A stretch of 64,000 bases of DNA from Massalongia carnosa (GCA_965645245.1 OZ287082.1:496001-560000), one strand, 5' to 3'. Shown: positions 12,465-24,484, numbered from the stretch's first letter. Notes: a model not told the origin generated them from the sequence alone. Translations and numbers: made by a program.

Positions 12465-14651
12465 ATGGCGGCACGAAGAGAATCCGATTTTCAGCGTCTT
12501 GAGGAACGCTTGAGGGAGCTGGAGCGACGCAGGGAAGAAGCTGAGCAGCGCAGGGAAGAAGCCGAGCAGCGCTTACGGGCAACAACGTTCGACGAGTACC
12601 TGGAAGCCTGCCACGTGCACATTTCGAAACGACTTTCCATTCAAGTAAATAAGAGTATAACCACGACGGGCGCACTTACCAGCGTGACCGGCAAGGTATG
12701 TCCCAGCAAACTCCGGCCTTGGGAGGGCTTCAACGGAGCCCAAGCATCGTTGTTGATCGATGCGCGAAAACGCTTTCACTCGGACTGCACGCCTCATCTC
12801 CGGCGATTTGCCACGGTGCAGCATTTGCAAGAGCTTGGCGCCGACCTCTGTGACCGCAAATATGCCAGCGAATCAGATCTCGCATCCTACGAGCGACTCG
12901 CAGTGGAGGGGCCCACGGCAAAGATTATGGAGCAACTGAGCAAGATGACAGAACTCGATGGGTTAGGATTTGATAACCATGCGAATGCCCTCAATGACCA
13001 AGGAGAAGAGGCGCTGGAGCATGATATGATGGAAGACCTGCAGAATCCGAGAATTCAGGGCAACGCTGACACGCGCCATCCTTCAGAAGCGCGAAAACGC
13101 GGTCGACCGGATCAATATTGCATCTACAAGACGGCCGGAAGTCACAAACTGCTGTTGGTGGCCGAATACAAAGCGGCTCACAAACTTTCAGTGCAAGACC
13201 TGCAAACACGTCTGCGGCCCATGAACTTAGCTAACGATGTCATCAACGTGTCCATATTTGCGACGGAGCAGGAACAGAAAGATCATAAAGCGGACTGGCG
13301 CATAGGATGCGCGATCACGCAGGCTTACTCGTATATGATCGAGAACGGGTTGGAGTACAGTTACATCACGACAGGAGTTGCACTCGTCTTCCTCTGGGTG
13401 CGAGCCAAAAACCCAGCCACAGTGTATTATCACTTGGCCATCCCGAACGAGGACGTGGACAGGAATGGCTACGACTGGCAACGCACTGCTGTTGCTCAGG
13501 TGCTTGGCCTGTGTCTCATGGCGTTTCAGTCGGAGCAGTTCACCGAGAGGAACCAGGGATGGCGGAACAAAATGATGGATGAGCTGGAAAGATGGGAAAA
13601 GAATGCCGGATTTTCGAGTCAATCGGACGAAGATCGAGAACGTGTCGAAACGCCTAGTTCGCTCTTCAAGGCCAACGGTGGACTCAAGATTTCGAAGAAT
13701 TCCGATCGAACTCCGATCAAGCTTCGGCTGCGAGGAAGGAAGCGCTGCGAGCCCCCTAAGATCGATCCTGCTCCTGAAGAATCATCGTCGGATTTATCCG
13801 AGACAGAGTCCTCCATGAAGAATCCAAAAATCGGACAAGTGCGGCAGCTGTCAAATCGATCCAATGAGGAAGAGCGACAGTCTCTGTGCAAGGATCAGGA
13901 TAAAGGGAAGCACCAAAGACAACGGTACTGCAGTCAGAAGTGCTTGCTCGGGATCCGGCAGAAATCCACGCTAGACGAGCGCTGTCCAAACGTGTCCAAG
14001 CATCGGAGAATGAGCGATCGCCACACCATCAGCCTGCCAGAGTTCACGGCGTTGGTTAACAGGCAGCTGGACCGTACCCTTGACCGGAACTGCGAACCCC
14101 TAGGCCAACGAGGTGCTCGAGGGGCATTGTTCCGAATCCGATTGACCTCGCACGGCTATGTCTTCGTGGCCAAAGGCACCATTCGCGCATTCGTATCCAA
14201 CTTGCGACATGAAGGGCGAGTGTACCGCCATCTGGAACATCTTCAAGGCGCGGCCGTTCCCGTCTATCTTGGCAACATTGACCTCGCCAAACCCTACCAT
14301 CTCGACGTCGAGGTCCGAATCGTGCACATGCTCCTCATGTCCTGGGGAGGAGACGTGGCCGAATCTTACGAGACGGTCAAAACAAGACCATCCTTCCAAG
14401 CAGAACTCCGCCGCACTGTCGCCGAAGTGACACTCGCAGGAATCAATCAAGCAGACCTGCGCCCGCCCAACGTTCTCTGGAACCGCGAACTGGATCGCCT
14501 CATGCTGATCGATTTCGAGCGGGCGATGTTTCTGAATCGCGATCGTCGTTGTCCTCGTCGTGGTTTTGATTTTCGGGCTATGATAGATGAGGATAATGAT
14601 AACGGGACGTTGCGGGATATTCTATCACCGGCGAACGCGCGGCTAGAGTGA
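12465..14651 (+). CDS. Spok: Spok-family (spore-killer-like) protein: coiled coil + PD-(D/E)xK nuclease + Cys cluster + kinase-like domain
   Basis: Intronless 728-aa ORF; RREEAEQ heptad repeats; RPDQ...EYK nuclease motif; C-x3-C-x13-C-x5-H cluster; GARGALF, VAKG, DLRPPN, IDFE kinase motifs. Confidence 0.8.
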   Translation: MAARRESDFQRLEERLRELERRREEAEQRREEAEQRLRATTFDEYLEACHVHISKRLSIQVNKSITTTGALTSVTGKVCPSKLRPWEGFNGAQASLLIDARKRFHSDCTPHLRRFATVQHLQELGADLCDRKYASESDLASYERLAVEGPTAKIMEQLSKMTELDGLGFDNHANALNDQGEEALEHDMMEDLQNPRIQGNADTRHPSEARKRGRPDQYCIYKTAGSHKLLLVAEYKAAHKLSVQDLQTRLRPMNLANDVINVSIFATEQEQKDHKADWRIGCAITQAYSYMIENGLEYSYITTGVALVFLWVRAKNPATVYYHLAIPNEDVDRNGYDWQRTAVAQVLGLCLMAFQSEQFTERNQGWRNKMMDELERWEKNAGFSSQSDEDRERVETPSSLFKANGGLKISKNSDRTPIKLRLRGRKRCEPPKIDPAPEESSSDLSETESSMKNPKIGQVRQLSNRSNEEERQSLCKDQDKGKHQRQRYCSQKCLLGIRQKSTLDERCPNVSKHRRMSDRHTISLPEFTALVNRQLDRTLDRNCEPLGQRGARGALFRIRLTSHGYVFVAKGTIRAFVSNLRHEGRVYRHLEHLQGAAVPVYLGNIDLAKPYHLDVEVRIVHMLLMSWGGDVAESYETVKTRPSFQAELRRTVAEVTLAGINQADLRPPNVLWNRELDRLMLIDFERAMFLNRDRRCPRRGFDFRAMIDEDNDNGTLRDILSPANARLE

Positions 14652-15032
14652 AATGGTAGTTGAAGAATATGATGAGTTGGGGATGGGAATTAAAATAGGT
14701 TTGCGGAAACGTGAGCTGCGGAATTGACTTTAATTCTCTTTCAATAACAGTATGATATTATCTTTATGCAAAATTAAACATCGTGTTCTATATCACGAAA
14801 TATTATCTCATGCATAACATTATTCAAGACTTCTCATATCGATAATCATGAGAGATAGTTTTATAGATTCGGATTTATTATATTGGTTTATAAAGTATAA
14901 CATAAAATAAATCAAAAAAGCACTTGATATCTCATCAACACTATTTCTACTTCTCATTTCATTTAAATATTAAATAATTCATTTTCACGTAAATTACGAA
15001 AACTAAGGAAGAATTATATCGCGATAAAAGTT

Positions 15033-15445
15033 TACGTCGCGCAACGGGTCGGGTTGGGTTAGGTTTTTGTCACGGATTACAACGCTCTAACCTCAGGCAA
15101 CACATGACGTAGTGCTATTCACCTTATCTAACCGAAAACGGATTTAGCACTGCTTGTAGCGATATTATTAACACGAGTGGTATGAGCAGTTCAACGACGG
15201 TGATGAAAACCTGCATTAGGCTTAGCACGGGTATGAGTGTTTATTAACCGGCGATCTGTACATAGCTTTCTTTCTTCATCTTACTAGTTTTCGTACATAG
15301 TCCATATTAGATTTCTATCTAGGTCGACGTGCTACAGTTTTAATTAGTCGAACACGACCGGTACTGGGTTGGGAAATCTGTAGATACGACGCGCAACGGG
15401 TCGGGTTTCTCTACTGAAAACCCAACCCGTTTGTGGCGAACCCTA
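15033..15445. mobile_element. Possible hAT-type element terminus
   Basis: Minus strand begins TAGGGTTCGCCAC exactly where the Clr5 ORF stops; repeated cgcgcaacgggtcgggtt motifs at ~15038 and ~15390. Confidence 0.45.
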
Positions 15446-15833
15446 CTCCGGAGGGACAATGCGTCCTCTGACCGTGAAGATTGTAGCTTTGCCCTCCTCG
15501 GCTTTGCGTTTTCTCTCTTTCTTCAACATCATCCGCATGTCCGTTTCCTGAACATTTTTCGTCATGCCCCAGGCTTTGAATTTGTCCTTGTACTGTCTTA
15601 CACTAGGAACTCAAGGTCAGCAACTTTATCATGATAGTATATACGGAGCCATGCCAACAATACCTGGCATGAAACCCATGATCCTCATGCATGATCTTCA
15701 TTGTTTCTAGTAAGCTTTTGTCCTCTTCGATATACAGATGATGTATGATATGGTGATTTCTATTCCACTCTTGAAGGTTGATACGGCGCTGACGACGTGG
15801 AGTGGGATGGTCCGGAGATTGATGGTGCTCCAT
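15443..15833 (-). pseudogene. Clr5-domain protein, two exons (15833-15664, 15602-15443), probably truncated
   Basis: W...IHHLYIEEDKSLLETMKIMHEDHGFHA; GT..GCTGAC..TAG intron 15603-15663 joins to SVRQYKDKFKAWGMTKN. Confidence 0.8.
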
Positions 15834-17399
15834 GGTTAAGGATGCGCTAGTGACAAGTTATTGAACAAAGTTGACAGAGCTTCGTCGAGCTTCCTATTAA
15901 CAAACGTATAGAAGAAATGCAAGGTTTTGATGCTGAGATATTCATGATTCTTATATTCCGATGAAGCTCCCCAGCAAGACGTATAAAGTAGATAACCGTG
16001 TCCATCTAATCGTGTCTTAAACGGTGTGTGGCGTTCATTCTGCACCTCCATTCATCCAATGGTGTAAGAGCGCAAAGTCTTCAAAAGTCCCCAAACGTCC
16101 CCAAAAGTCCATCTGAAACATGAACGAATCAGATACCAAGGTCATTATGCGGAATGCGAGTCAATGCGAGGCTACATTACGCTATCTCGTAAGGAAATAC
16201 TTGGCATGATTGTCATTGGATAGGCAAAAGACCCGTTTCAAAGGTGACATTAAAAAACACTGATTCCGTAGGTGAACAATGCCGCTAGCCAGCTAGAGGA
16301 CAAGAAAACAGGGCAACCCAATCAATCCCACCGTTTGGATTGGACGAAACGAATCAAGCGCCTCAGTCGGGAGGCGGTTAGTTCGACGGATCAAACCTAC
16401 TTGTGCATAAAAGAGCAACTAATAACTATGGCTCGCGGCTTGTCCAATGACCATGTCTTACGCTTTCGCTCAAGTCAAACAATGCAGTCACCTTTGGAGT
16501 AATTGAAGTAACTGAAGAATTATACCAGCAACTGATTGTTCAACAGCGTTTGCCAAATCCCGTCCATAAAGGATCTTTCGTATCCATCGCACATTGCGGG
16601 GAAAATATCCGCCACGCAGCCAATCCAATAGTCTCGACACGAATACATCATGAAGCACGCAACTGCCTCAAAGATCCCAAGCGAGTGGTTTAGTGACCTT
16701 TCTTAGGGAACAAGCACGAAACTTTCGATAGCAATGTTAGACTGGGTAGAAGATCGATGGAGCGTTTGGGCTAGGAAGTTGTCTCTACGTATGCGTATTT
16801 TAATGCGATGAAGGTGTTCTCGACTAGGTATTCGGAATGCTTCAACCAAAACAACCTCAGCTTACCGCAAGGCAACCTCCAACTCCGTGCTCTGTCGATT
16901 GACAAGAAATGCGGCCTTTGCGGATATGAAACAGATTTATGTTCAACTGACGATTTTGTGCTGCATCTTGACCTCATTTGTCTATCATATCATCAGCAGA
17001 TATCGAGAAAATAAGATATAGTCGCGAGCGGTCAGGCCAGTTATGTACACGTAGCTACTGAAGATTTAGAGACAGATAATGTGATCGAAAAACGACATAA
17101 CTGTCTTCCGCCACTAAGACTTCAAAAGTAACGACCATTAGGTGTAGACCGCCTGAAGCAGATCTTCCGAGCGAACACAGAATCACGATTGATGAAAATG
17201 TTTCTGTTACACTTTCGACAAACTGGACATACCCTCGAGCAATTATTCTTAGAGACACAAGCGTTTTGAAACAGTGAACCCAGCCAACATTGAGGCAATG
17301 TGGTACCAATATCAAAGGTTAGTGGAAAACTTCGAGACATCTCATCTCGTGGAGACTTGTAGATTCCAGCGTTTGTACTGACTCGGCATAGACTAGGTC

Positions 17400-17675
17400 A
17401 TGGGCCCGCGTCGCAAAATCACGCTCCCTATGTTTGGGGATGGTATATTCACTCAAGATGGAATAGACTGGAAGCGCTCTCGAGAATTATTAAGGCCACA
17501 ATTCCATTTCAAGCATTATTCCGATTTAGGTATATTCAGAGCGGCTACTGATAACCTCATCAACAATGTACCAACAAATGAGGGGATCCTTAATCGAACA
17601 GCGTTAAGGGGGCAGATAATGAATATTTTAATTGCGGAACGAGACACTACTGCTTGTCTTTTATCTTGAACATCG
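17400..17675 (+). pseudogene. Cytochrome P450 (CYP52-like) relic with internal deletion
   Basis: FGDGIFTQDGIDWKRSRELLRPQF fused directly to I-helix NILIAERDTTACLLS*; no heme-binding region. Confidence 0.8.
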
Positions 17676-17699
17676 TAGGTTCATTCGTTACAATCTATA

Positions 17700-18146
17700 T
17701 GTCAAGGACTGGGCAGGGGATTGAACTAATGTTCCTAGGAATTGGATTGGGTGATCAAGATGTCTTTATTAATAAGGCTATAGCTAGATGATGGATTGCT
17801 ATACAAGACGTCGGACAAGGAGTCAACTATCTAATTAACTTGTCCTTTCTTTTATATTTGTCTCGAACCCCTTTGCATGAAGATTCGATCAGTGTTCATC
17901 TCCCCCTATTAGAAGACTTACGGCACGAAGGTTGACGAGGTGTTTGACGATAAAAGGTGGAGATGAGGTTCTCCTGTCGTTGGTACGCTTTGATGGTGAT
18001 GGTACAGCATTGACCTGAAGCCATTGAGAGGGGTCTAAACTCGATTTAGTTAATGAGATTCTGACTAAGCTGAATAGAGGAACGGGAGCTTAGTCAGATT
18101 CATCTGCGGGATTGATTCTGGATTGGGTTGGTTCGATTTCATGACA
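17700..18146 (-). mobile_element. LTR, same family as 31164-31604, without matching TSD
   Basis: tgtca...tgaca ends; first ~130 bp is a close reverse complement of 31472-31604; flanks ctata/gagaa differ. Confidence 0.75.
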
Positions 18147-18713
18147 GAGAACATTTGACTCAAAACGAGAAAGAAAGATAAATATAAACATTATAGAAGA
18201 ATAAATTAAGTAATGTGCGTAATTAACTATAATTGAATACATAGAAGAATAAAACAAACAAAAGATAGAATAAACAGTATGATATGATAAATGGAAAGAA
18301 TAATCAATATGTGTCTCGTGTTTCGCGATTTCAGGAGTTTTATGTGAGCTGTATGTGTATTGATAATGTTCTGTGAAAAAAATAACCTCTTAATGTATAA
18401 AATAACTTCGTCATCTGACGTCGTAATTGAGATTCTCGTCGCGATCATATTGAACAAATCTTGTTTCGATTCTTGCTTGCATTTTAAAGATTTTTAAACG
18501 ATTATCGTTTCATTTTTTTATAATAGTTCTCTTCAGTTTTAAATATCAATTCATGACATTTATTATTGTGTTGTTTTATCATTAACTACTTTATCGTTTA
18601 TTTATTTTATCATTTATTTTATTTCAGTTTTCGCAAATTTTAACTTTTCTTCGTTCAGTTCAGACTTCGAAGTAATATCAATGTCGTCAAATATATATAA
18701 CATGAACATATCA

Positions 18714-19200
18714 TGTGAAACGGGGAGACCTTCTCCCAGCAGGCATTCACTACTGGAAGATGGGATCCACAGGGGCTACACAACGTGATGGTCACAATAG
18801 AGGTACAAAATAGGTAGGGTCGGGTCAAAGGGTAGACTAAATGCTACCCTTTTGAAGTGCTTGATCATTGATCTATATAGGATAGGACAATCCATAACCT
18901 AAGCTCTTCTTCCATACATTGCCCATACTACCTGGTATTTTCGGACTCCGAAATACTTCGGAGACCGAAAGACACGGGTAGATAAGACTAGGCAGGTGAG
19001 CTAGGGGAGGTGAGGCGAGGCGAGGGGATACTTCGTGTACTACGAAAACACCTCCATAATAAGTTAAGTCCCCACACTATGCCTAACTGGGTTAGGCGGG
19101 ACCTTATTTTCTTGGTGGTTGTTTTGGCTGTACGTATCCCACATAGCCACATAGGCCAGTCTTACGTTCAACGAACGCATACTAGGCCTACCCTATTACA
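18714..19200. mobile_element. Probable LTR relic truncating the LINE 3' end
   Basis: tgt...aca ends and abrupt compositional boundaries; no TSD. Confidence 0.4.
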
Positions 19201-20581
19201 AAATCGATCAAAATTATTGATAATATTACTCCAATTCCGCATAATTGGTGCAAATGTGACTGCAGACGTTGAAAATTCGATTTTCGATCAATCCGTATAA
19301 AGTAAAACTCGGGATTTATCGGAGTTCATTGATTGGATTTTGGATAAGGTCGAATAGTAACTTGATTTTGCAGATTCTTTTGTATTTTCGATTTGAAATT
19401 CGATTTTACAAGACGATTTCCAAGTTTTAATGAAATGATTTGATTGTTCAAATTCATCAGTTTTGTGAACAATGTCGGAAACGGAATGAAGAACGCGAAT
19501 AAGCTGACTAGGATGTCGTTTATATGTTTTTTATTTTGTCTTCGTTCCATTCGGCATATTTGTTGTTCTATAAACTAGTGTCAAAACCGATATTTTCGAA
19601 TTTTTATCGAATATGTATTTGGAATTCTTTGACATATGGGGTTATTTTCGGCAATCTTCAATAACAGAATTGCGTATTTTTGATCTTTCATTGATAATCT
19701 AAGTTTGACTGGTAAAACAAGTGATTTAATTTCCATCGCCTGTATAGGTGTGGTTTTGAAATTTCCTAAAATCTTTCGAATTATTCGATTTTGTAGGTTC
19801 TGAAATAGTTTTTCATATTTCTTTTGACTATTATACCAAATTTCGGAACCGTAGTCCGAGATAGGAATAATGCATGACAAATAGAGCTGTCTGCATGCGG
19901 TCGGTTTCAGACTCCATTCGGATTTCATCAAATTCTGAATTGCAAAAAACGATCGATTCGCAGAAGAGATTCGCGTTTCGACGTGTTTTTTGAAATTTAG
20001 TTTTCGGTCTAGTCAGACGCCCAACCATTTGACTACATTTTTCGGTTCTAGTATTGTCCCGTTTGATAATTCTAATGTGTCTTTCGATACTTTTCTTGTC
20101 TTTTCGAAGTGAATCAGCTTGGATTTATCGTCATCAAAATTGACATTATTCGATGCGGCCCAATCAAAGGCTGTTTTGACTATGATTTCAATTTCTTTGC
20201 AATTCTGTTTTGCAGTATTATTTTCGACATATATTGCAACATCGTCAATAAAACTAGGAGAATGTGCATTGAATTTCATTCGTATTTTCGGAAACAAGTG
20301 ACGAATGTAAATCAGAAATAGAATAGGCGAGATTGTTGAGCGTTGTGGAATTCCTGATTCGACATAATATGTTTTACTTTTGTTTTCATCGAATATCAAA
20401 TTTATCGATCGTTTCGTCATGAAATGCTTGACCCATTGAATTATTATGCGAGATAATTTCAGCTGTTTCATGACATATAGCAGTTGATTAATCGAGACAA
20501 AGTCAAACGCGCCTTTAACATCGAGTAATAAACATGATAAGACGTTTTTATTTCGATTTGCAATTTCGATATCATGAACAA
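19201..20581 (-). pseudogene. LINE ORF2 RT C-terminal part and start of RNase H
   Basis: LLDVKGAFD, GIPQRSTISPILF, FIDDVAI, VKWLGV*, LLYTD*SK. Confidence 0.88.
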
Positions 20582-21608
20582 TGTAATGGGCTACGAGACC
20601 AGTAAGCTTATCACGAGCGACACTGATCTCGAAAGGGGAAATGCTCAGCGTGAGAGGAGGAAGATAGCTACTACGTGCTAGTCTCCGAGAGTATATGTGA
20701 TCCAAAGAACTAATGGATGTGGAAGTGCTTGGACCAAGAGATCTCGTCCGAGACCCAAACGTAGGTTGTTCATAGAATAAAGACTAATTGCTAACGAATA
20801 CTACAGGATTCGTTCTGGTATTTATCCTACTCACCCCAAGCCTATAGCCTTGGGAGCCTTGGAACCTTAGGAGCCTTGCAACCCACTTCTGACCTTATCG
20901 CCTTACATCTAACCATCCCTCAGGATCCATCTACGAACTCGGCGTTCGCTGGACCATCTAGTCAGCCTCGAGCAGCCTTCTAGACCTTCCCTTGCAAGGT
21001 AGAACACTTCTACCTCCGGCTAGATCCCTCACTACATTGCTAGCCTGCCTCTAAACATAAAGTCTAGACGCCGAGGCTATGTAGCTTCATTTCGCCGTCA
21101 CCACTACCAACGTAGCGATGGAAGGTTACCTCCGACTGAATCTCTATCTACACTGCGGACCTGCCTCTAGACACAAGGTCTAGACCACAAGGTCATGTAG
21201 GTTCACTCAGTCGACATCACTACTAACGTAGCAATAAAGGTGGAAGCTGAAGTTTACACCGGGGAGGCCGAGCTCAAGCTGCGTCCAGCTAGCCGTGCCT
21301 CCTGCTACAACTCTTGATCCATCAAGAGATCGAGTAGCTCCGAGTAGGCCAGTAGATTCCATATAGAGTTCACGGCTTCTCCACAGGAGTTCGCCTTACT
21401 CCATGGCAATCTACCACCACGGCCTCGACAGGTGTTTGATCTGTAAGCAGTCTAGAACGTAGTAACAACTAATTCGGAGTTGTGTGGCAAGGTGGCGTCG
21501 TGTCAACCTCGACGGCTGTGCGACTAAGTACTACGGCCTGGCTCATGCTAGTTAATCCCGCAACCGCCGTAGGCGATCACGTATCCTTCTAGCGCCATCC
21601 GTATTACA
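20582..21608. mobile_element. Solo LTR (1027 bp) with AACAA TSD
   Basis: tgtaat...attaca; aacaa at 20577-20581 and 21609-21613; removal restores LINE MNVVHDIE. Confidence 0.88.
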
Positions 21609-21613
21609 AACAA

Positions 21614-21849
21614 CGTTCATTACTGCGTCAATTGCAGAATGATTTTTGCGTCCGCCCATCTGTTCGATATCTAGTAAATTCGAATTTTCGCCGAAGTAGG
21701 TTAGTCGATTTGCAACGATTTTCTCAGCAATTTTACCAAGACAATTTAGTAATGTGATAATTCGATATGATTTTGGTTGGGAATAGTATGATTTATTAGG
21801 TTTTTTCAGAGCAGCACCGAGTCCTGTCCGCCAGCATAACGGGTGATAA
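21614..21849 (-). pseudogene. LINE RT N-terminal segment
   Basis: KKPNKS...PKSYRIITLLNCLGKIAEKIV...QMGGRKNHSAIDAV. Confidence 0.88.
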
Positions 21850-22273
21850 TGTCAGGGGAGGGCTGGAGAGATACAAGACTCTATCTTGCAGAACGGATAT
21901 CTAGATATGCTAAAACTAGAAGTAGAGAATAATACACAAGACGTCCGATGAAGAGCTCTAAACACCTGGGAAACCACATAGACTTTATAGCCATGGCTTT
22001 CAACTCTCCTATTCTCGACTTGCCCCGTCTCTGTTCCTGTACTAATTTCCTTAACATGATTGCTTTGACCTATCCCGACTTTATCTGTGCTGAAGCACTC
22101 TCAGTCATAAGCCTGGATAGTGGAGACGTTGAGATTGGATACGGATTGTAGGAGATTGATAGTGCGCTGAGGGCGGCAGAAGAACGCCTGAGCACGATGG
22201 ATAACAGCAATGGGCCCTGTTAAATACTAACCCGATCAGGAAAAGCGGGAGGGTGCGAAGCGATTCCGTGATA
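21850..22273. mobile_element. Solo LTR (424 bp) with GATAA TSD
   Basis: tgtca...tgata (CA end probably mutated to TA); gataa at 21845-21849 and 22274-22278; removal restores LINE IRIGYHPLCW. Confidence 0.85.
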
Positions 22274-22278
22274 GATAA

Positions 22279-22661
22279 CCTATTCGAATGAATTTCGAAT
22301 AAATCATGAAAAACGCGTTTTTCAACGACTGAAACGATTTTTGAACAATTGTAAAATTGATTGCATCAGGGCCACATGCTTTCTTCGGATTAAATAAATT
22401 CATCGCATTTTTCAACTCGTTTTCGGTCAAATCTGGCCAATTATCGTCATTTTCGCTGTCTTGATTTGACAAATCTTCGACATTATAGTCTATAAATGGG
22501 TTTTTTGTGTACATTGCTGACACAAATGTATCGCATTTGTCATCAAACTGAACATTTAGCTTGTTTACATGTAGAATCGGGGGTACTTTTTCGAATATGC
22601 GCGGTTTAGTGTATTTATACGCGGTAAATACATATTTATTTGCGGCATTTTCTAGGAAAGT
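22279..22661 (-). pseudogene. LINE ORF2 linker segment
   Basis: KKACGPDAI motif preceding the RT. Confidence 0.8.
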
Positions 22662-23338
22662 TGTTGAATGTTCAACTTCTACCAGCATTGCCTAGCCGAT
22701 AGATTAGATAATATCAGATCTAATCTAAGCGCATAGAGGCTCGGATAAACTATTATCATCTCGCTTAGCAGAGGTGACCAAGATAAAAGGAACAGATTGC
22801 TCTGCACTCCGTAGCAACTCTGCATCCTTAACATCATGGTCATACAGGCCCCTATCTTTACATAGTCATATAGCCATAGTCATAGACCTATTCAACAGGT
22901 TATGAGCCCGGAAGGGCGCTATCGATCATACAGGAATCGAAGCAATTCTTATCCGCAGCATCACGATGCACAATCATTAGCTGAGCATCATTATCCTTTC
23001 TCGAAAAGAACTAGATGGACATGTTGCAAAGACTAAATCTCTACTTGTTTACAGACCTGAATCAGGCGGGATTCGCACCCGCAAGTCTAGCTAGTTGAAC
23101 AGCTTCGTGAAAGCACATCATGACAACCTCTCAATCAGATAGAGACGTTTAACAACAACGCCACCTGATCCAGCGTTCCCTACCTACAAAGGGTTATCAG
23201 AAAGAGCATGGAAATCATCTACATTATAAGCAGAGAGGCTCTTTGCCAGACTACAAGCATCAGAAGACATTCTCTTCATATCAGACCATCAGAATGCTCT
23301 TATGCCCGAATATCTGAGAGGCACTCCGGAGGATGACG

Positions 23339-24045
23339 TTGACCCAGAGGCAGACTCCAGTGGACCAATTCCATTGTTTGACCTCTGCTGCATCACCATC
23401 CATTTGACTTTTGACCCAGAGGCAGACTCCAGTGGACTAGCTCCAAGGTTTGACCTCTGCTGCATCATCACTCATTTGACATTGACCTAGAGACAGACTC
23501 CAGTGGACCAGTTCCAATGAGTGACCTCTGCTGCATCATTATTCATTTGACTTTGACCCAGAGACAGAACTCCAGTGGACCAGTTCCAATGAGTGACCTC
23601 TGCTGCATCATCATTCATTTGACTTTGACCCAGAGACAGAACTCCAGTAGACCAGTTCCAACGATTGACCTCTGCTGCATCATCATTCATTTGACTTTGA
23701 CCCAGGAACAGACCTTTTCACTGAGTTTTGTTCAAAAACCGCGCAGCGCGGCCTTGACCACTCTTGAAACTCTGATTTCTGCTGAATCATCAATTGACTG
23801 ACGTTGACCCAAGGGCAGACTTCAATCTGACTTTTGCTGCATCACCACTCAACTTACTTTGACCCAGAGACCGACCATCTAAACTATCTTTCAGGGTCCG
23901 ATTTCTGCTGAATCATCAAATGACTGACGTTGACCCAAGGGCAGACTTCATTCTGACTTTTGCTGCATCACCACTCAACATACTTTGATCCAGAGACAGA
24001 CTTCGGAAATTCAGTTCCAAGGTTTGATCCTTGCTGCATCATTCA
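23339..24045 (+). repeat. ~72-bp tandem array plus derived units in Copia A 5' UTR
   Basis: ttgacc(c/t)aga at 23339, 23411, 23482, 23553, 23625 and a variant at 23697, then two longer variant units. Confidence 0.9.
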
Positions 24046-24484
24046 TCAACAGACTTTCTGACTAGTCTACGCGTATACAGATGGAGTAATCAGACTTCAA
24101 TTAAGCAGAACGCCTCAATCGGGAAATTCGGAATCCGGAAAAAACCTTATTCCATTTAACAGGCCCGGCCTATTAAATGGAACGGTCGGACCGTGGTTCC
24201 GACAGCCTATCTCCACACCACCAAGTGAAAGTTTCACCATCTGAAGAGAGTTCTTTCATGAGGGTACAAGCGTTGTGGCAAAGAAAGGAACATCACAGTT
24301 TGATGACAAAGGAAAGGAAATGTTTTGTCTATAACTAGATCACATATTCCCAATCTCCTCCATTCATTCCAGTGCACATCCTACTCCTGCACCAATCTCA
24401 GAAACTTAGATACCTTTCAATCTACAGAAGTTTACTAGAGACCTCTTCTTCATCTTCATCTGACTCTCTTCATCTGACTTCATC

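Noticed and set aside
15836..17340. Short ORFs between the Clr5 and P450 relics
   Set aside because: No recognisable domains; may be decayed gene sequence but not assignable
23339..23710. CRISPR-like array with a variable centre
   Set aside because: Variable part is ~12 nt of related sequence, i.e. minisatellite divergence
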